From Chiloscyllium plagiosum (lineage: Eukaryota), in assembly GCF_004010195.1 (NCBI RefSeq), contig NC_057719.1, positions 59,506,446-59,532,546 of the forward strand: a stretch of 26,101 bases of DNA, in the 5' to 3' direction. The translations under genes were made by a program, and so were the position numbers. Shown one piece after another: positions 1 through 12,537 of the stretch. How positions within the stretch are numbered: position 1 is the stretch's first letter; each line of letters opens with the position of its first letter. Under the pieces are notes generated by a model, which worked only from the letters and a program-made list of their open reading frames with translations, did no database searches and was not told the origin of the DNA.

Positions 1-3000
1 ATTTATGTAATTCAAGAAGGGCTGCCATATTTTATGGAATAATTCGGTCTTTTGGTGTACCATATTTGTAAGGAAGTCAAGGGGAATACATTCCATAATT
101 AATCTGTGCCAATTTGAAAGTCCGGGGGGCCCTCGGCCACCCAGTTTACCAAAATATTTTTCCTTGCACAGAAAGAGAGAATAGAAAATAATCTCTTCCC
201 GTGCATATCCAGGGAGGGTAAGTTCGAAAAGCCCAAAAGGAGAGATACAGAGTCCACTCTAATTTCCGTTCCTAAGATTTCTGTCAGAGCACTTGCTACT
301 TTAGTCCAATATCTACGGATCTTATGACGGTCCATAAGCAATGTACAAACCTCTATTTTACATTTTGGGGCACATTGGAGATGCTCCTGCCTTAAATTTT
401 GCCAATCGGTCCGGTGCTATATGGGCCCTATGAAGTATCTTCAACTGAATGACCTGAGTTCTGTTGCAGATGGAGATTTTTCTGGCGTTTTCCCAAATGT
501 CATTCCACATTTCTAGAGATTTCCAGTCCCAAATCCTGATCCCATGTTTTAAGCAGATTGTCCATATCTCCCAATATTTCATCATGTAATAAATGAAAAA
601 TTGTGCTGATCGAAGATACCCCCATTGGCCATACCAGACTATGTTCTCTATCTGATTTATAAAGGCTATCTAATAGCGTAGTTGTCTTCTGTATGTAATC
701 TCTAATTTGGAAGTTTTGAAAGAGATCACCATTAGGTAATCCAAATTTCTGGTGCAGCTGTTCAAAAGACATCAGGATCCCTTCTTTAAACAGATCCCCT
801 AAACAGGAGATACCCCTGGATCTCCAGACTTTATAAATGGCATCTGTAAGCCCTGGTTGAAATCCCCATGCTCCCACTATCAGAGCAAAGGGGGATGTTT
901 TGAGTTGCCCTTATTTGCCGCATTATATTCTAAGCTTTAATTGTATTTAGTATTATAGGGATTTGACATTGATCTGGGATGCTTTTCCTCTTGTCTGAAA
1001 ACAAGAGGTTAATAAGTGGGCATTTTACTTGAGAAGCCTCGATGTCCAGCCAGATTGGGTCTTGTCTGACCCATGATCAATCGGCTATGTAGCTTAATAG
1101 GGAACTTAACTGATATTTCCTTAAATCTGGGAAATCCAATCCTCCCCTTGCCTGTGGAAGCTGTAGCTTCAGCTTAATGAGGGGCCATCTATGATTCCAG
1201 ATAAAGGAACCCAACCAGCCATATAATTTACATTGTGCCAGCCTTGGCAGCATCACCAGAAGCATTCTCATAGGGTATAGGAGTCGGGGCAGGACATTCA
1301 TTTTAATTAGTGCTATTCTATCTTAGCCAGGAAATTGTAAGGTCTCCCCATTGCTGGAGGTCCTGCTTTATCCTTTCCAGTAAATGCACAAAGTTAGCCT
1401 TGTGTAACTGACCAAATACTGGGGTAATAAAAATGCCTAAATATAAGAAACCCTCCAGCGACCGCCGAAAGGGAAAGTGTGCTCCGTCCAATAAGTGGGG
1501 TATCATAGCAAGGCCACCTATTGGCATAGCCTCCGATTTTGAGAAATTAATTTTATAGCCTGAAAATACACTAAATGTATTAATAACTTGGATTAAGCGA
1601 GACACGGACATCAGGGGAATTACTGAAATAGAAGAACATCATCTGCACAAAGGGTAATTTTATGTTTACCTGTACCAATCCTCGGGGCTGTTATATTAGG
1701 GTCAGGCCGTATAGCTTCTGCTAGTGGCTCAATTATTAGCGTAAATAGCAATGGCGAGAGAGGACATCCCTGACTGCAGCCCCTATCCACACTGAAGCTA
1801 TCCGAGCCTTATCCATTGGTAATCATAACTGCTTTGGGATCACTATACAGTGTTGAAACCCATTTGGTAAACACCTTTCCAACGCCAAACCTTTCCAATG
1901 TGTAAAACAAATATGACCGTTCAACCCTGTCAAATGCCTTTTCCGCATTTAATGAGTCTACTAGTCCTGGTATCTTTCCCTGATGGCAGGCTTGAATCAT
2001 ATTCAAAACCCTTCCGACATTATTGAATGATCTATGGCCCTTAATAAACCCCGTCTGATCTTCCTTTATGATGTGTGGCAATACCCTTTCTAGCCTCAAT
2101 GCTGACGTTTTAGAGGATTTTAAAATCTACATTTAGCAAGGATATTGAATCTTCTGGGTCTTTTCTTTTTTAAAGGATAAGAGATATTCGCCTCTTTCAG
2201 CGAAGGCGGAAGACAGCCCTGACTGTATGTGTAGTTATACATGTCCATAAGTGGACCAGCCAATATTCCCCTCAATGCTTTATAGAATTCAGCTTGAAAG
2301 CCATCTGGGCCCGGTGCCTTACCGCTCTGAAGTTTCCTGATTGCATCAAGTATTTCTTGGGTTGTTAGGGGAACATTCAGGACCGATACCTGTTCCGGAA
2401 TTAGGTCCGGAAAGGTCAGGTTTTTAAAAAATGATTGCATCCTCCTCGCCCTGTCTTCACAATCCTGTGATTTATATAAATCAGAATAAAATTTTCCAAA
2501 GATTGTGTTAATCCTTTTATAATCATGAATCAGAATACCCGCACTTTCCTTGATAGACGTGATAGTTTGAGGGGCCTTCTTTTTCTTTGCAAGAAATGCT
2601 AAGTATATAACAGGTTTATTGTCAAACTCACATAACCTTTGTTTTGCAAATAATATTTCCCTCAGTCATTTGGGTAAGTGCGGTGTTTAGAGCTGTCCTA
2701 AGGGCCGTAATCCTTTGTAACTTGATAAGTCTGTCAGCGTATGCTGTTTCAGCAGCTTTTAAGTGAGCTTCGAGCAGACGCTATATTAGATTAGATTAGG
2801 TTAGATTACATTACAGCGTGAAAACAGGCCCTTCGGCCCAACAAGTCCACACCGCCCCGCCAAAGCGCAACCCACCCATACCCCTACATTTACCCCTTAC
2901 TTATCACTACAGGCAATTTAGCATGGCCAATTCACCTGACCTGCACATCTTTGGACTGTGGGAGGAAACCGGAGTACTCGGAGGAAACCCACGCAGACAC

Positions 3001-3400
3001 AGGGAGAACGTGCAAATCAGTCGCCTGTGGCCGGAATAGAACCCGGGTCTCAGGCGCTGTGAGGCAGCAGTGCTAACCACTGTGCCACCGTGCCTCCCTG
3101 TTGTTTTTTTCTGGGTCGCTGAATATGAAATGATCAAACCTCGCGCGTAAGCTTTGATGGTCTCCCACATCATTGGGTTGCTAGCTGTACCTGAATTTCT
3201 AAAAAAGTTTTAAATTCTTGAGAGAAGTACTTTACAAATTTACTATCTTTAATCAGGAAGGGGTCCATATACCAATGCCGGGGGGATGTCTCATTGTTCA
3301 TCGCCTTGATTTCCATATATACAGCAGCGTGATCGGAAATTGCTATACTGCCTATTTTACAGGATGATATGGAATTTTAAAAAATAGAGGGGGCAAAACA
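1..3400 (-). mobile_element. Decayed L1-clade LINE ORF2 (endonuclease C-terminal end, reverse transcriptase, C-terminal Cys-rich region); 5'-truncated, runs off the left edge; intronic and antisense to BAZ1A
   Basis: Minus-strand translation gives AISDHAAVY (APE SDH motif, ~3320-3345), MWETIKAYARG, KLQSGKAPGPDGFQAEFYK, DQTGFIKGH, NAEKAFDRVE, RGCSQGCPLSPLLF (~1745-1785), ITLCADDVLLF (~1628-1660), SGYKINFSKS, GGLDFPDLRKY, QLKILHR and CPK. Many frameshifts and stops. Confidence 0.93.
2786..3098 (-). mobile_element. tRNA-derived HE1-like (V-SINE type) shark SINE inserted into L1 ORF2
   Basis: Reverse complement starts GGGAGGCACGGTGGCACAGTGGTTAGCACTGCTGCCTCA (A box), has B box GGTTCTATTCC, central GGGTTTCCTCCGAGTACTCCGGTTTCCTCCCACA, 3' GGGCCGAAGGGCCTGTTT and a (TCTAA)n tail. 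Closely matches the + copy at 21217-21520. L1 protein resumes on both sides. Confidence 0.92.
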
Positions 3401-4401
3401 CACACCAAATCTAGCTGGGGAGGGTGGGGGAGGGGTTCCTGCCCGCTGAGAACTGCGGGCTCCCTTCCCTCTCGTCATTTTTAGAGGAGAATGGATTGTT
3501 TAAATTGAGTACTGAGCAACTAATTACATTAAGTAAAAACTATTTTAAATGATTTGGTGAGTGTGGTGGATGCAGGTGGCCCACTTTGCCCAAGTCTTGG
3601 GAGGAGCACTATAGACTCAGACTTGCTAGGTCACCGTCATCTTGGATCCCTGTCTGGTAAAAAATTTTGAGGCCATGAAAAAAAGTTGTATGCAAAAATT
3701 GGTGTGCATGCCATGCCCATTATTTTGTACTCTGTACCACCTACCCAATTTCCTGTCGAAGCTAACTGGTTGCATTTAGTCAACTTATGTGCATTATGAT
3801 GTCTGCTTTGTGTGAACTTGACAAATGTTGTCTTAAAGTACACATACTGGGGGAAACTCCATAGTTTTACATAAAAATTTCAGTCCAGTTCCTTACACAC
3901 TTATGTATAAATCTCTGCTGTTTCGCTCTCTGGGCAGCTCATTTGTCCAAACACTCAGCCATTCTGTTATCAGTAACAGATGCTACAAAGTTCCCCACAA
4001 CTGAGATTATGCTAATTATCTAGTTAGTGTGTCACTTTTCAGTGTCAGTTGCTCTAATGTCTCAGGATTACTGAACATATTGGGGATCTCAAAGAACAGA
4101 TCTCTGAAAACACCTTTCTGTGCTAGTAGTTTGGGGAGACAGCATATAATTAGGACTGTATATTTTAAACAGTGTCAGAATTTTTTTTTTTGGTTTGGAT
4201 TCTGAGTTGCAATGGTAAGATCTTTATTTTGAAAGCTTGGGACTGTATAATTAACATTCTTTGAACTGTCATTGAGTTTCATCTCTGCAGAATATAAAGT
4301 TCTAAACTCTTCTGTTTGGTCACTCAGATTGGTTCAGCTTTGCAGCAAAGGAATCATTCCCTTGTACATGTCATTTGTGCATGTTCTGTTTCCTTAACCA
4401 G

Positions 4402-4892
4402 ACAGCCACGAAGAGGAAGACCTCGGCTTAAACTGCAAATCAAGGGCAAAAGAGGCAAATCCAACACTGCAAAAAAGATGGGTAACCAACACAAAGGAAA
4501 AAGAAGATATACTCCTCGCAATCAATCATGTTCTGCCAAATTAACTGCAGGTCCTGGTAGAAAGCGTGGCAGAAAACTGGGAAGGAAGCCAAAATCTGCA
4601 TTAAACTCTGAAATAAAACCACTTCCCCGACCATATCGTCGTGCTAAATCCTGTCAAATAAATGAATCCTTCAGTGAAGTGATTACACGCCGTAAGCGAC
4701 GAAAAGGTCGGAAGATTGCTACCAGCACTCCTGAATGCAGCACTTCAGCTCCTCTCAATGTTAGCTTATCTGATATGGACCTCTCGCAGAATGAACCCAT
4801 AAGAAAAAAGAGGAAGTACACACGTCGTGTACAGCAGAACCCAACCCTGGTGGTTAAAACAGGCAAGAGGGGTCGAAAACGTAAATCTGCAG
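4402..4892 (+). CDS. BAZ1A: BAZ1A internal coding exon, basic Lys/Arg-rich linker before the bromodomain
   Basis: Acceptor ttccttaaccAG (4400-4401), donor GTaagt (4893). Open frame QPRRGRPRLKLQIKGKRGK...SFSEVITRRKRRKGRKIATSTPECS...KRGRKRKSA resembles mammalian BAZ1A LPKRGRPQVRLPVKTRGK...FVELLSPRRKRRGRKSANNTPENS. Ends in phase 1, matching the exon at 11362. Confidence 0.88.
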
Positions 4893-5311
4893 GTAAGTGT
4901 TCAAGTTGTGAAAGTAATACAATAAATGTTTGTAAGTAGTTTGAGATGTTATGCGGTGTATAGCACTGAAATAAATTAGATAAGTATCTGATTAGTAATG
5001 TTTTCTGACTGCTTCCCAATCTCTGTATCCTTAATGTACATCTTAAAAATATATAGTTTGTGCATGGTATCTTGGAACACCAGCAAGGAGAGCCACAAAA
5101 TGGACTTGCCAGCATTGCTCCATTCCCGGTTTCCCTAAGAGATTGATGACAAATGAGGTTTTATAATCCAGATTTTGTTTAATTCTCCGAAACTAATGGT
5201 ATTAATAGCACCATGTTTGTTCATTTGTTAGCATAAAATCTCAGAAGCAATAAGTTTTCCAACAGCTAATACTGTTTATCTCTAGAAGTGCTTTGAATAA
5301 GTATTTAAACT

Positions 5312-5427
5312 ATTTTCTAATCACCATGTTCAGAGATGTTATTACACACCTCCAGAACAGGTGGGACTTGAACCCGGGTGTCTCAATCCAGACACAGGAA
5401 CTCTGCCACTACTCTGCAAGAACCCCC
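5312..5427 (-). mobile_element. Short (~116 bp) tRNA-derived SINE-like element with long target-site duplication
   Basis: Minus strand has B box GGTTCAAGTCC and ends CATCTCTGAACATGGTGATTAGAAAAT. Flanked by TTTGAATAAGTATTTAAACT (5292-5311) and TTTGGATAAGTATTAAACT (5428-5446). Related copy at 11559-11670. Confidence 0.75.
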
Positions 5428-5784
5428 TTTGGATAAGTATTAAACTCCATGCCAAGTAAGGAGCACCTGTCCCAGTCAATCAAATTGATTTTATGGGCAT
5501 AAACTTGTACAAATTAAGACAAGTCAGTGTGACAATTTTCATTTTGCTCAACTTGGAAGCAGTTTTCACAAGCTTTGAAAGAAGTTGAGTCATTTTGAAA
5601 ATAACTATTTAGTCTTGCTAAATTTGATTCTTGAAAACATTAAAATCTAAAATTATCTATGCTGGTTTTCAAAATAAAAAGCTTCAAAAAACTTTCCTGT
5701 AAATATCCATTGGGAAGATTAGTGAAGTTTTCAATAATGAATGTGTTGAAATATTGTCTAGCCTACACTCCATCTTCTATGGTC

Positions 5785-6420
5785 AGCAGCAACTGTATTA
5801 GAATAAACCTTTAACAAAAAGATTCCATGCCTTCAAAACAAAGGCTACTACTATGCTGAAGATATCAAAATGGCCATAACTTGGAAAAATAAGTTTTGAG
5901 ACTTCATAAGATCAAAATATTAAGGAAAGGGGAGTATACGTGAAGAGTTCCCATAGGTAGAGTCATGTGATCTGAAGCTCTTGCATAAATAGTGGATGAA
6001 AGGCTGTTCGTGAAGATGAACATGACCAAAATGAAATTGTAGGTTCAGCAGCTGCGAGAGGGATTTATGATTTCTTAAAATTTGATGTACTGGAGTTTGG
6101 GAAAGGAACTAAAAGAACTATGGGTTAATAAAAGCAAAGTGCTTGACAGTCTCTGGTCTGGCAACATCTTTGGAGAGAGGTACAGTTAATGGTTCAATCC
6201 CAGTAATCAAATGCCAAGTGGGTTTTGGTATTTTGGAGCTGGAGTGGAAGATCTCGAAATACTAGCGAGGACACAAGTGTGGAAAGAATAATTAGAAATT
6301 AATTACAAGAGGCAGATTGTATTCCAGATGTAGAGGTATGGTGCTGAGTGACGAGCTGTTGAGCATTGAATGAGTTACTAAGATTTTGTGTAGTCTGATT
6401 CTGATGAATTAACAATGAAA
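5785..6420 (-). mobile_element. Possible very old L2-like LINE 3' remnant
   Basis: Purine-rich tract with only weak recalled resemblance to the antisense 3' end of L2-type LINEs; no intact motif. Confidence 0.3.
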
Positions 6421-6456
6421 AGCTATTTGGTGCAGTTTTTAATAAGGAAGCAAATA

Positions 6457-6663
6457 CAGGCCATTCTGCTGTAACGTGGCTGTTGTGTTCCTCTGCAACC
6501 TCGCGCTATGGAAAACTGCTACAGGAAATCATGCTATAGAAGAACACGAATAAAAATTTGCTCTACCCATTCAGTAGAAAGTTCATGTTATCCAAAGAAT
6601 GTCCACAATTCACCAGCTGCATTACAGCTAATTCGTGCAAATGAAACCAAAGCAGAACAACCA
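6457..6663. mobile_element. Possible Tigger/pogo-like MITE remnant
   Basis: Starts TA|CAGGCCATTCTGCT (TA at 6455-6456) and ends AGCAGAACAACCA|TA (TA at 6664-6665): imperfect terminal inverted repeat with TA flanks. Confidence 0.42.
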
Positions 6664-7229
6664 TATGCAACATCTCTGGTATTTCCAATTCTGACTTGAA
6701 CCAAAAGAACATTAGATTCATTTTGATCCTGATTCAATTAAACCTTAGAAGATTTTCCATCATTGAAGCACGCAGTCACCTAGCAGATTACTCTTATTCC
6801 TACCTGTAAAGATTTCCTTTTGCTATAGCAATTCCATTCTTACTACTTCAGGTTATTCTTGGCCCCTTGAACCTTCATCAAAGCTTCAGCATACTTTAAT
6901 GGAATGCTGTGTGGACATGCAGTTTTATGTAATGAACTTTATTTGCATTTTGTGGTCAAGCTTTGTACTTAGAACCATATTGGCATCTCTATAGCAAGCT
7001 TTACATTACTCATTGAAGTAACATCAGAAAACATCTTTTGTCCCCAGGTCCTGATTGATTTTCATTAAGGGGAAGGAATAGACAGGCTACATGTTCCACA
7101 TGATCATCTGTCCATTGTTGCATTGCTGTTCTGGAAGATGGGGCATTCGCCATCCCAAATGTAAAAATATTGGGGAACATGATACACAGTTTGGCAGCTG
7201 CTGCTGTCAGGCCTAAATTCTGATATTCC

Positions 7230-7490
7230 AGAGAGTCTACACAGGTTTTGGTATTTCCTTCGGGGTGGAAGCTCTTAACTTGGACAGGATAGGATTGGAC
7301 TGGGTTCTTTGAAATATGCTTTAATTCAACTGTGTGAAGTTTAGATGGAGTAAATAGGTGACATGTAATTTTTTATTGGAGAGATCTGAAATCAGGGTGT
7401 AGATTTTAAACTAATTGGTAGAAAGGTTAGGAGGAGAGGCCCATAGCCTGAAGAAGTGGTCAAAATGGGAGTTTGTGCCCAATCTTAAAA
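7230..7490 (+). mobile_element. Old degenerate CR1-clade LINE 3' fragment
   Basis: Loose similarity to the CR1 3' segments at 10830-11100 (GGATAGGATTGGACTGGGTTCTTTG...GATGGAGTAAATAGG...TTTAAACTAATTGGTAGAAAGGTTAG). Confidence 0.42.
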
Positions 7491-8196
7491 TTCTTGAGCC
7501 TACTATTCAGTCTCTTATTTGTAAATCTCCCCATCCCAGGAATTGGTCCAGTGAACATTTGTTACTCCTTGCAAGTCGAGTATATCCTTAGACAGGATAA
7601 CAAGTTTTCACTGTATTTGATGTTGTGCAACCTGAGATTCAGTGGGCGCATGTTTTGAGGGAAACAATGGGAGTATATCGTCTCCTTCCACTAAGTTTTT
7701 TTTTGTCTTCTGTAAACATTAACCATATATTCTAAAACTATTGCCCTATCACCAATCACCTTTTGTTTTCAGAGTATTTGACCTTTGAGAATATCTTATT
7801 TCTATATTGTAACTTTAGCCCAACCATTTCTAGAGTTCATCTTTGTGAAGGAGTCCTTCTAATCATACTTGCCTCATTTTTTGTTTTGTAGAGCTGGCGT
7901 ATCTAATCTGGAATGTTGGCATGGTTTAGGTTAACAAGCAATAGCATCCTCAAGTACCCTACACTTTCTCTAGCCCTCTAGGGGTTATTCTATTTTGACA
8001 GCTTTATGAACTGGAGCGCCTACCTTGACTGTTCCATGAAACAGCATCCTTTGTCCTACCAAGGGTTTCCATAAATATCAAATTAGTTCTGAGGGATTAA
8101 CGTTTTGCTCAAACTAGAGCAAGGCGATAGTTTCATTTGTATCAGAGGGTTATTGGATCTGTGTGGCATTTCCTCAATACAGTGTGTCAGACTTCT

Positions 8197-8320
8197 AAAA
8201 GCAAAGTACAGCTGATGCCTGAAATCTGTGCAAACACCCAAAATGCTAGAGAAATATAGCAGGATTGGCAGAATCTATGGAGAAACGAAGCTAATATTTT
8301 GAATCTGATGTGGCTTCAGA
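8197..8320 (-). mobile_element. Degenerate Penelope-like terminal-repeat remnant
   Basis: AAATGCTAGAGAAATATAGCAGGATTGGCAGAATC resembles the left arm of the hairpin element at 18766 (CTGGAAAAGCGCAGCAGGTCAGGCAGCATC); ends CTTCAGA (minus strand TCTGAAG). Confidence 0.42.
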
Positions 8321-9804
8321 GTTTGCATGTCATCCTGGATTTTTATTTTGAATGTCCTGCAGTGCTACTTGAGCCTGGAAACCTCTCAATCAGGTTATAG
8401 TTCTACCAGCAGAGCCATAATTGACATTTGTGCATTATTCTTCCTCAGTCTCTGAAGTATTTGCATGGTTGGTCACGTGATCTGCCTGTAACTCAGTAAG
8501 TTTGTCTGTTTTGAACTGGGACTGGAGTATTTACAGCAGTGGTTTTTTCTGTACTGTGAAGTGATTCCTCAAGTCCATTCTCGAAACACCTCTTCTCTTA
8601 ACAATAGCATCCATTATCAACTGTAATAATAGCTTTTTTTCTACACATGAATATCAATGCCTTCCTCCTGCCCAGCACCCCGAAACACCCCTGGTCTCTT
8701 GCTCCAGGGATGCCCACCTCTGTTTTAGGACAGCACTTAGTAGCCAAGAATGTTTAGGACCTTTCGAAGTTACCAAAGCAAAAAAAAAAATTCCCTCTGA
8801 ATGCGAGCATTTGTTCTATTTAATGCTAAGCTGAACTTCAGGCCTCACCCTTCAAGAACAAAGATGGCGTTCTCTTCCCCTCAATAGCATAGGTTGTTGT
8901 CACCTTCCCTGAGATGTTAATCTCTTGAAACACTCAGCATGTGTTTATAATTTTTACATTTTTTAAATTTTATTATGCTCATGAAACACATCTAAAATTC
9001 TTTTGTAGTATCCTATCTGGCATTAAGTCTTGCTCACCTGCTGTTCCTGTACCACATGTACTGGCTCAGTTACATAGCAACTCAGTTTTGAAATGTGCAT
9101 TCTTTGGTGTTAAAACCTTTCATGACTCTGCCTTTTCTCCCTAGTGCTCTGCATTCCTCTGATTTTGTTCTCTTTGCACATCCCCCTCTTTCAGTGTAAT
9201 TCCCTAACACACACCACCTCACCCTTTCAGTATTTCTGAACGCTATAATGTGATGAAACTCTCGAATTGCTGGTGGGGTGAGGAAGAATCTGTATATAGA
9301 TGACAAATCAAAATTGTTTGAAAGTAGAGTTTTTAAAATCTGCTTGCTCTTGGAACATTTTAAAACTTGTTTTTAGAATTTTGCACATTTTTAATGTAAT
9401 TCAATCTATATTGCCTGATGTTTACTGAACCAGAGCAAGGAATGAATAAACTAAGTCCCCACTTAATGATCTTGTTAATAAAGCCACTGGTTAAAATGGC
9501 CTCACCCTCTGCCCTGTCATCTTGCTTTTGGTGCTGGTTTTGCCCAATTTGCACTGAAGTAGAGGGCTCCATCTAGTGGCAGTTGATTATTATTTTTGTG
9601 GAACTGACCAATCGCTGCCACTAGGTAGAGCTTTATCCATTGAAAAATATTCAATGGTGAGTGTATTTTTTTACATCGTGCACTTTTATTTTAAATTATT
9701 TCAGCAGGAGTGGACAATTTATTTACTGTTTGAACAGGGCATTTTTTTCCCAGGCGAGCAATGATTCAAGATCCTTAATTAAGTCTTTAACTTGTCGAGG
9801 TAAT

Positions 9805-11248
9805 GCAAATAGAATTAAGGAGAATCCAAAGGGCTTTTACAAACACATTAAGAACAAAAGGGTAGCGAGGGAGAGAATAGGGCCCCTCAAAAGATCAACG
9901 TGGCCTTTATGTGGAGCTGCCGAAAATGGGGGAGATACTAAACTAGTATTTTGCATCAGTATTTACTGTGGATAAGGACATGGAAGATATAGAATGCAGG
10001 GAAATAGATGGTGTATCTTGAGAAATGTTCATATTACATAGGAGGAAATGCTGGATGTCTTGAAACGCATAAAAGTGGATAAATCCCAGGTCCTGATGAG
10101 GTGTACCCTAGAACTCTGTGGGAAGCTCTGGAAGTGATTGCTGGGCCTCGTGCTGAGATATTTTATCATTGATGGTCACAGGTGAGGTGCTGGAAAACTG
10201 GAGGTTGGCTAACGTGGTGCCACTGTTTAAGAAGGGTGGTAAGGACAAGCCAGGGAACTATAGACCAGGTGAGCCTGATATTGGTGGTGAGCAAGTTGTT
10301 GGAGGGAATCCTGATGGGCAGGGTGTACATGTATTTGGAAAGGTAAGGACTGATTGTTTAGTCTCGTTAGTGAGTTTGCAGATGACACCAAAATTGGAGG
10401 TGTAGTGACGGTGAAGAAGGTTACTTCAGGTTACGACAGGATCTTGATCAGATGGGCCAATGGGCTGAGAAGTGGCAGATAGAATTTAATTAGGTAAATG
10501 TGAGGTGCTGCATTTTGGGAAAGCAAAACTTAGCAGGACTTATAGACTTAATGGTAAGGTCCTAGGGAGTGTTGCTGAACAAAGACCAGTCACAAGTAAT
10601 CAGGATACTGAAGAAGGCGTTTGGTATGCTTTCCTTTATTGGTCAGAGTACTGAGTACAGGAGTTGGGAGGTCATGTTGCGGCTGTACAGGACATTGGTT
10701 AGGCCACTGTTGGAATATTGCGTGCAATTCTGGTCTCCTTCCTATCAGAAAGATGTTATGAAACTTGAAAGGGTTCAGAAAAGATTTATAAGGATGTTGC
10801 CAGGAATGGAGGATTTGAGCTATAGGGAGAGGCTGAATAGACTGGGGCTGTTTTCCCTGTAGTGTCAGAGGCTGAGGGGTGACCTTAGAGGTTTACAAAA
10901 TCATGAGGGGCATGGATAGGATAAATGGACAAAGTCTTTTCCCTGGCGTGGGGGAGTCCAGAACTAGAGAATATAGGTTTAGGGTGAGAGTGGAAAGATA
11001 TAAAAGAGACCTAAGATACTTTTTCACACAGAGGGTGGTACCTGTATGGAATGAGTGGTCAGAGGTAGTGGTGGAGGCTGATACAATTGCAACATTTAAA
11101 AGGCATTTTGGATGGATAAACGAATGGGAAGGGTTTAGAGGGATATGGGGTGGGTGATGGCAGTTGGGACTAGATTGGGATGGGATATCTGGTCAGCATG
11201 GACGGGTTGGACCCAAGGGCCTGTTTCTCTGTTGTACATCTGATTCTA
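9805..11248 (+). mobile_element. CR1-clade (HER1-like) LINE, 5'-truncated with internal deletions, intronic
   Basis: ANRIKENPKGFYKHIKNKRVARERIGPL, WRLANVVPLFKKGGKDKPGNYRP, FADDTK (10375-10392), LYRTLVRPLLEYCVQFWSP, LERVQKRFIRMLPG, RLNRLGLFSL and 3' end GGACCCAAGGGCCTGTTTCTCTGTTGTACATCT. Frameshifted. Confidence 0.93.
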
Positions 11249-11361
11249 AATCCAGATTCTGTCATTTCTCAAAGTCATGATCTTAAGGAGTCCACCATAA
11301 CCTTAAGACACAAATGTGCTTAGTCTGTGATCATGTAATTTATTTGTTTTTGGTTGAACAG

Positions 11362-11516
11362 ACACTGTAACACAAGTATCAAAAGTAACGGGAAGTCGGA
11401 GAAGTTCAAGTCGTCACTCTGGTATCCATGAGCTTTCTGTTTGTGAACAGTTGATAGTTGACTTAGTACGACATGAAGACAGTTGGCCATTTCTGAAACT
11501 GGTAAACAAAGCCCAG
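11362..11516 (+). CDS. BAZ1A: BAZ1A coding exon, start of bromodomain
   Basis: Acceptor ttgaacAG (11360-11361), donor GTac (11517). Encodes (D)TVTQVSKVTGSRRSSSRHSGIHELSVCEQLIVDLVRHEDSWPFLKLVNKAQ, matching BAZ1A GRRSSGRQGGVHELSAFEQLVVELVRHDDSWPFLKLVSKIQ. Phase 1 in, phase 0 out. Confidence 0.95.
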
Positions 11517-11558
11517 GTACATGAATTATATTATAATTCCCTATGTTATCAAAATTGT

Positions 11559-11670
11559 GGCTGTTCAGCTGCACTGGTAGTGTCCCTATTGCTGAACCAG
11601 GAGGCCCACGTTTTGGTTCCAGAATCTGTTTTTAAAAACCATTCTTTGAACACATTGATTAGAATATATC
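11559..11670 (+). mobile_element. Second, more decayed copy of the short tRNA-derived SINE-like family
   Basis: GCACTGGTAGTGTCCCTATTGCTGAACCAGGAGGCCCACGTTTT...TGAACACATTGATTAGAATATATC parallels the minus-strand element at 5312-5427. Confidence 0.55.
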
Positions 11671-12537
11671 AATTTAGTGTTGAGATTTGGTACAGGTGAC
11701 TGATTTGAAATATAAATGTTCTTTAATTCAAAAGTTTGATTTATGTATGTACATGATTATTGGCTCCTTGCTTTAAGTAATAATGCTGACTTGCCTATTG
11801 GATAATATATCAAGTAACCATTTTTAACTTCTAGCCTCCTATTGTTATAAATATTCTTTGAGTTTGATTTAGATTTGTTTTGATTATGTGAAACAGGGTA
11901 GTCATCTGTCAGAGGTAGTACACAGTGTTTCAAGTTATTCACTCCCATCTGGGGAGCAACCCCTTCAAGGCCGTGTTGCAGATTCTCAAGTTCCCAAATA
12001 ATACTACATCTGTGCATTCTGTGTAGACACTGGGTTTCTAAGACTTACCCTTTAGTCAAAAATTATGGAATCCGCTTTCTCTCCAGTTACATTTGGAGAA
12101 GTTGAAATTCACTCCTTCTGATTTGTTTAGCTATTGCAGAATTGCCAAATTGGAAACTCCTTCTACCAATCTGTGCCATAAACATTGTGCAAAAAAATCC
12201 AAAATTGTGCAGGACTGAAGAAGTACCTTCAATGGTTCACTATGTTCAGTGATTCTAAGTTGGATGTCACCCTAGACCAGAAGTGCATAAAACATGAAAG
12301 ATTTTTTTGGCCAAAGTCAGATGTGAACTTTTGCATAAGATTGGCCATTACTTGTTTGTATATGCTACTTGGAAATGTCATTATTGAGCCATTAGATTTA
12401 ATTAGCCTTTGTCAGTCAAGTTTTTTTTCAGTCCCTGAAAAGTTTGTTGCAGTTGAATCCATTGAATATCTTAAGATAGTTTACAGACAAGAGGAGAGTA
12501 AAGTACCATTAACATGGCAGTTTTCTTTCTTTTACAG

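Noticed and set aside
4316..4401. N-terminal extensions of the ORF-track calls (also 12514-12537 and 13061-13130) and read-through past donors
   Set aside because: Intronic polypyrimidine or donor-side sequence; true exon limits are set by AG/GT sites and BAZ1A similarity.
4654..5115. 153-aa antisense ORF overlapping the BAZ1A exon
   Set aside because: Shadow frame of the coding exon with no recognisable protein features.
6508..6699. Possible extra BAZ1A exon in the long intron
   Set aside because: No BAZ1A similarity, it overlaps a probable MITE, and the flanking exons already join in phase.
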